From assembly GCA_965197725.1 (NCBI GenBank), contig CBDANQ010000060.1:111270-175269 (forward strand): a DNA stretch of 64,000 bases, written 5' to 3'. The DNA comes from Longimicrobiales bacterium (GTDB lineage: Bacteria > Gemmatimonadota > Gemmatimonadetes > Longimicrobiales > Gaopeijiaceae). Positions within the stretch are counted from its first letter, which is position 1, and each line of letters begins with the position of its first letter. Position numbers and translations under genes: made by a program. The notes beneath the pieces were generated by a model. That model saw only the letters and a program-made list of their open reading frames with translations, made no database searches and was not told the origin of the DNA. This document shows, piece by piece, positions 63,488 to 64,000 of this stretch.

Positions 63488-64000
63488 ATGAGCGTACCGA
63501 AGACGGGAAAGGCGTTCGACCGCTCCATCGTCGAAGGACCGATCCGGGGCGCCGTGTGGAAGCTCGCGTGGCCCACGATGCTCCAGAACATCATCGGTGG
63601 TCTGCAGGGCATCGTCGATCACGTGATGGTCGGCAACTACGTCGGATACGCCGGCAACGCCGCGATCGGCGTGTCCTGGCAGATCTTTCTCGTCGTCATC
63701 GTCTTCATCAGCTCGCTCTTCACGGGCATGGGCGTGCTCGTCGCGCGCTTCACGGGTGCGAACGAACCCGACAAGGTGAACCGCACGGTCTACCAGGCCT
63801 TCCTGACCTCTCTCATGCTCGTCTTCGTGATCATGGCGCCGATCGGGTACCTCTCGTCACCCATGCTGCTCGACCTGGTCAACGCGGCTCCCGAGGTGCA
63901 AGCAGAAGCGCTGCCCTACCTGCGCATCATGTTCGTCTTCTCGTTCGGTATGCTGCTCTTCTTCATGCTCGGAGGCGCGCTGCGTTCGGCGGGTGACGCC
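63488..64000 (+). CDS. MATE-family efflux transporter, 5' part
   Basis: VWKLAWPTML..VDHVMVG..NAAIG; multi-TM; runs off the window. Confidence 0.85.
   Translation, partial: MSVPKTGKAFDRSIVEGPIRGAVWKLAWPTMLQNIIGGLQGIVDHVMVGNYVGYAGNAAIGVSWQIFLVVIVFISSLFTGMGVLVARFTGANEPDKVNRTVYQAFLTSLMLVFVIMAPIGYLSSPMLLDLVNAAPEVQAEALPYLRIMFVFSFGMLLFFMLGGALRSAGDA

Overview
A 64 kb high-GC bacterial window. Gene content (DUF5916 barrels, RLNAxLEGRY-type Ser/Thr kinase stubs, YfbK, TonB/TPR proteins) suggests Gemmatimonadota, which is an inference. It is an accessory, decaying region with envelope and transport genes, a four-gene sulfurtransferase/YeeE operon, a TetR-MMPL-LolA-like-OMP operon and many toxin-antitoxin remnants. 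The IS load is heavy: an internally deleted IS5/IS1182-like element, two related IS256 types (one nested in the other), and two inverted IS21 copies, one carrying an IS3 that itself carries an IS30. The best novelty candidate is a tandem pair of double-glycine-leader peptide genes (41749-42173) with matched Cys pairs that look like a two-peptide bacteriocin; an IS256 pile follows them, inserted at an RBS+ATG. Other candidates are a cupredoxin-like gene paired with a beta-barrel carrying a CxxCH motif, a Tat-signal deacetylase, and an IS3 with a 9-bp target duplication. Many genes have single-base frameshifts, probably partly long-read errors. No rRNA, tRNA or CRISPR array was seen. All family calls come from motif recognition, not database searches.
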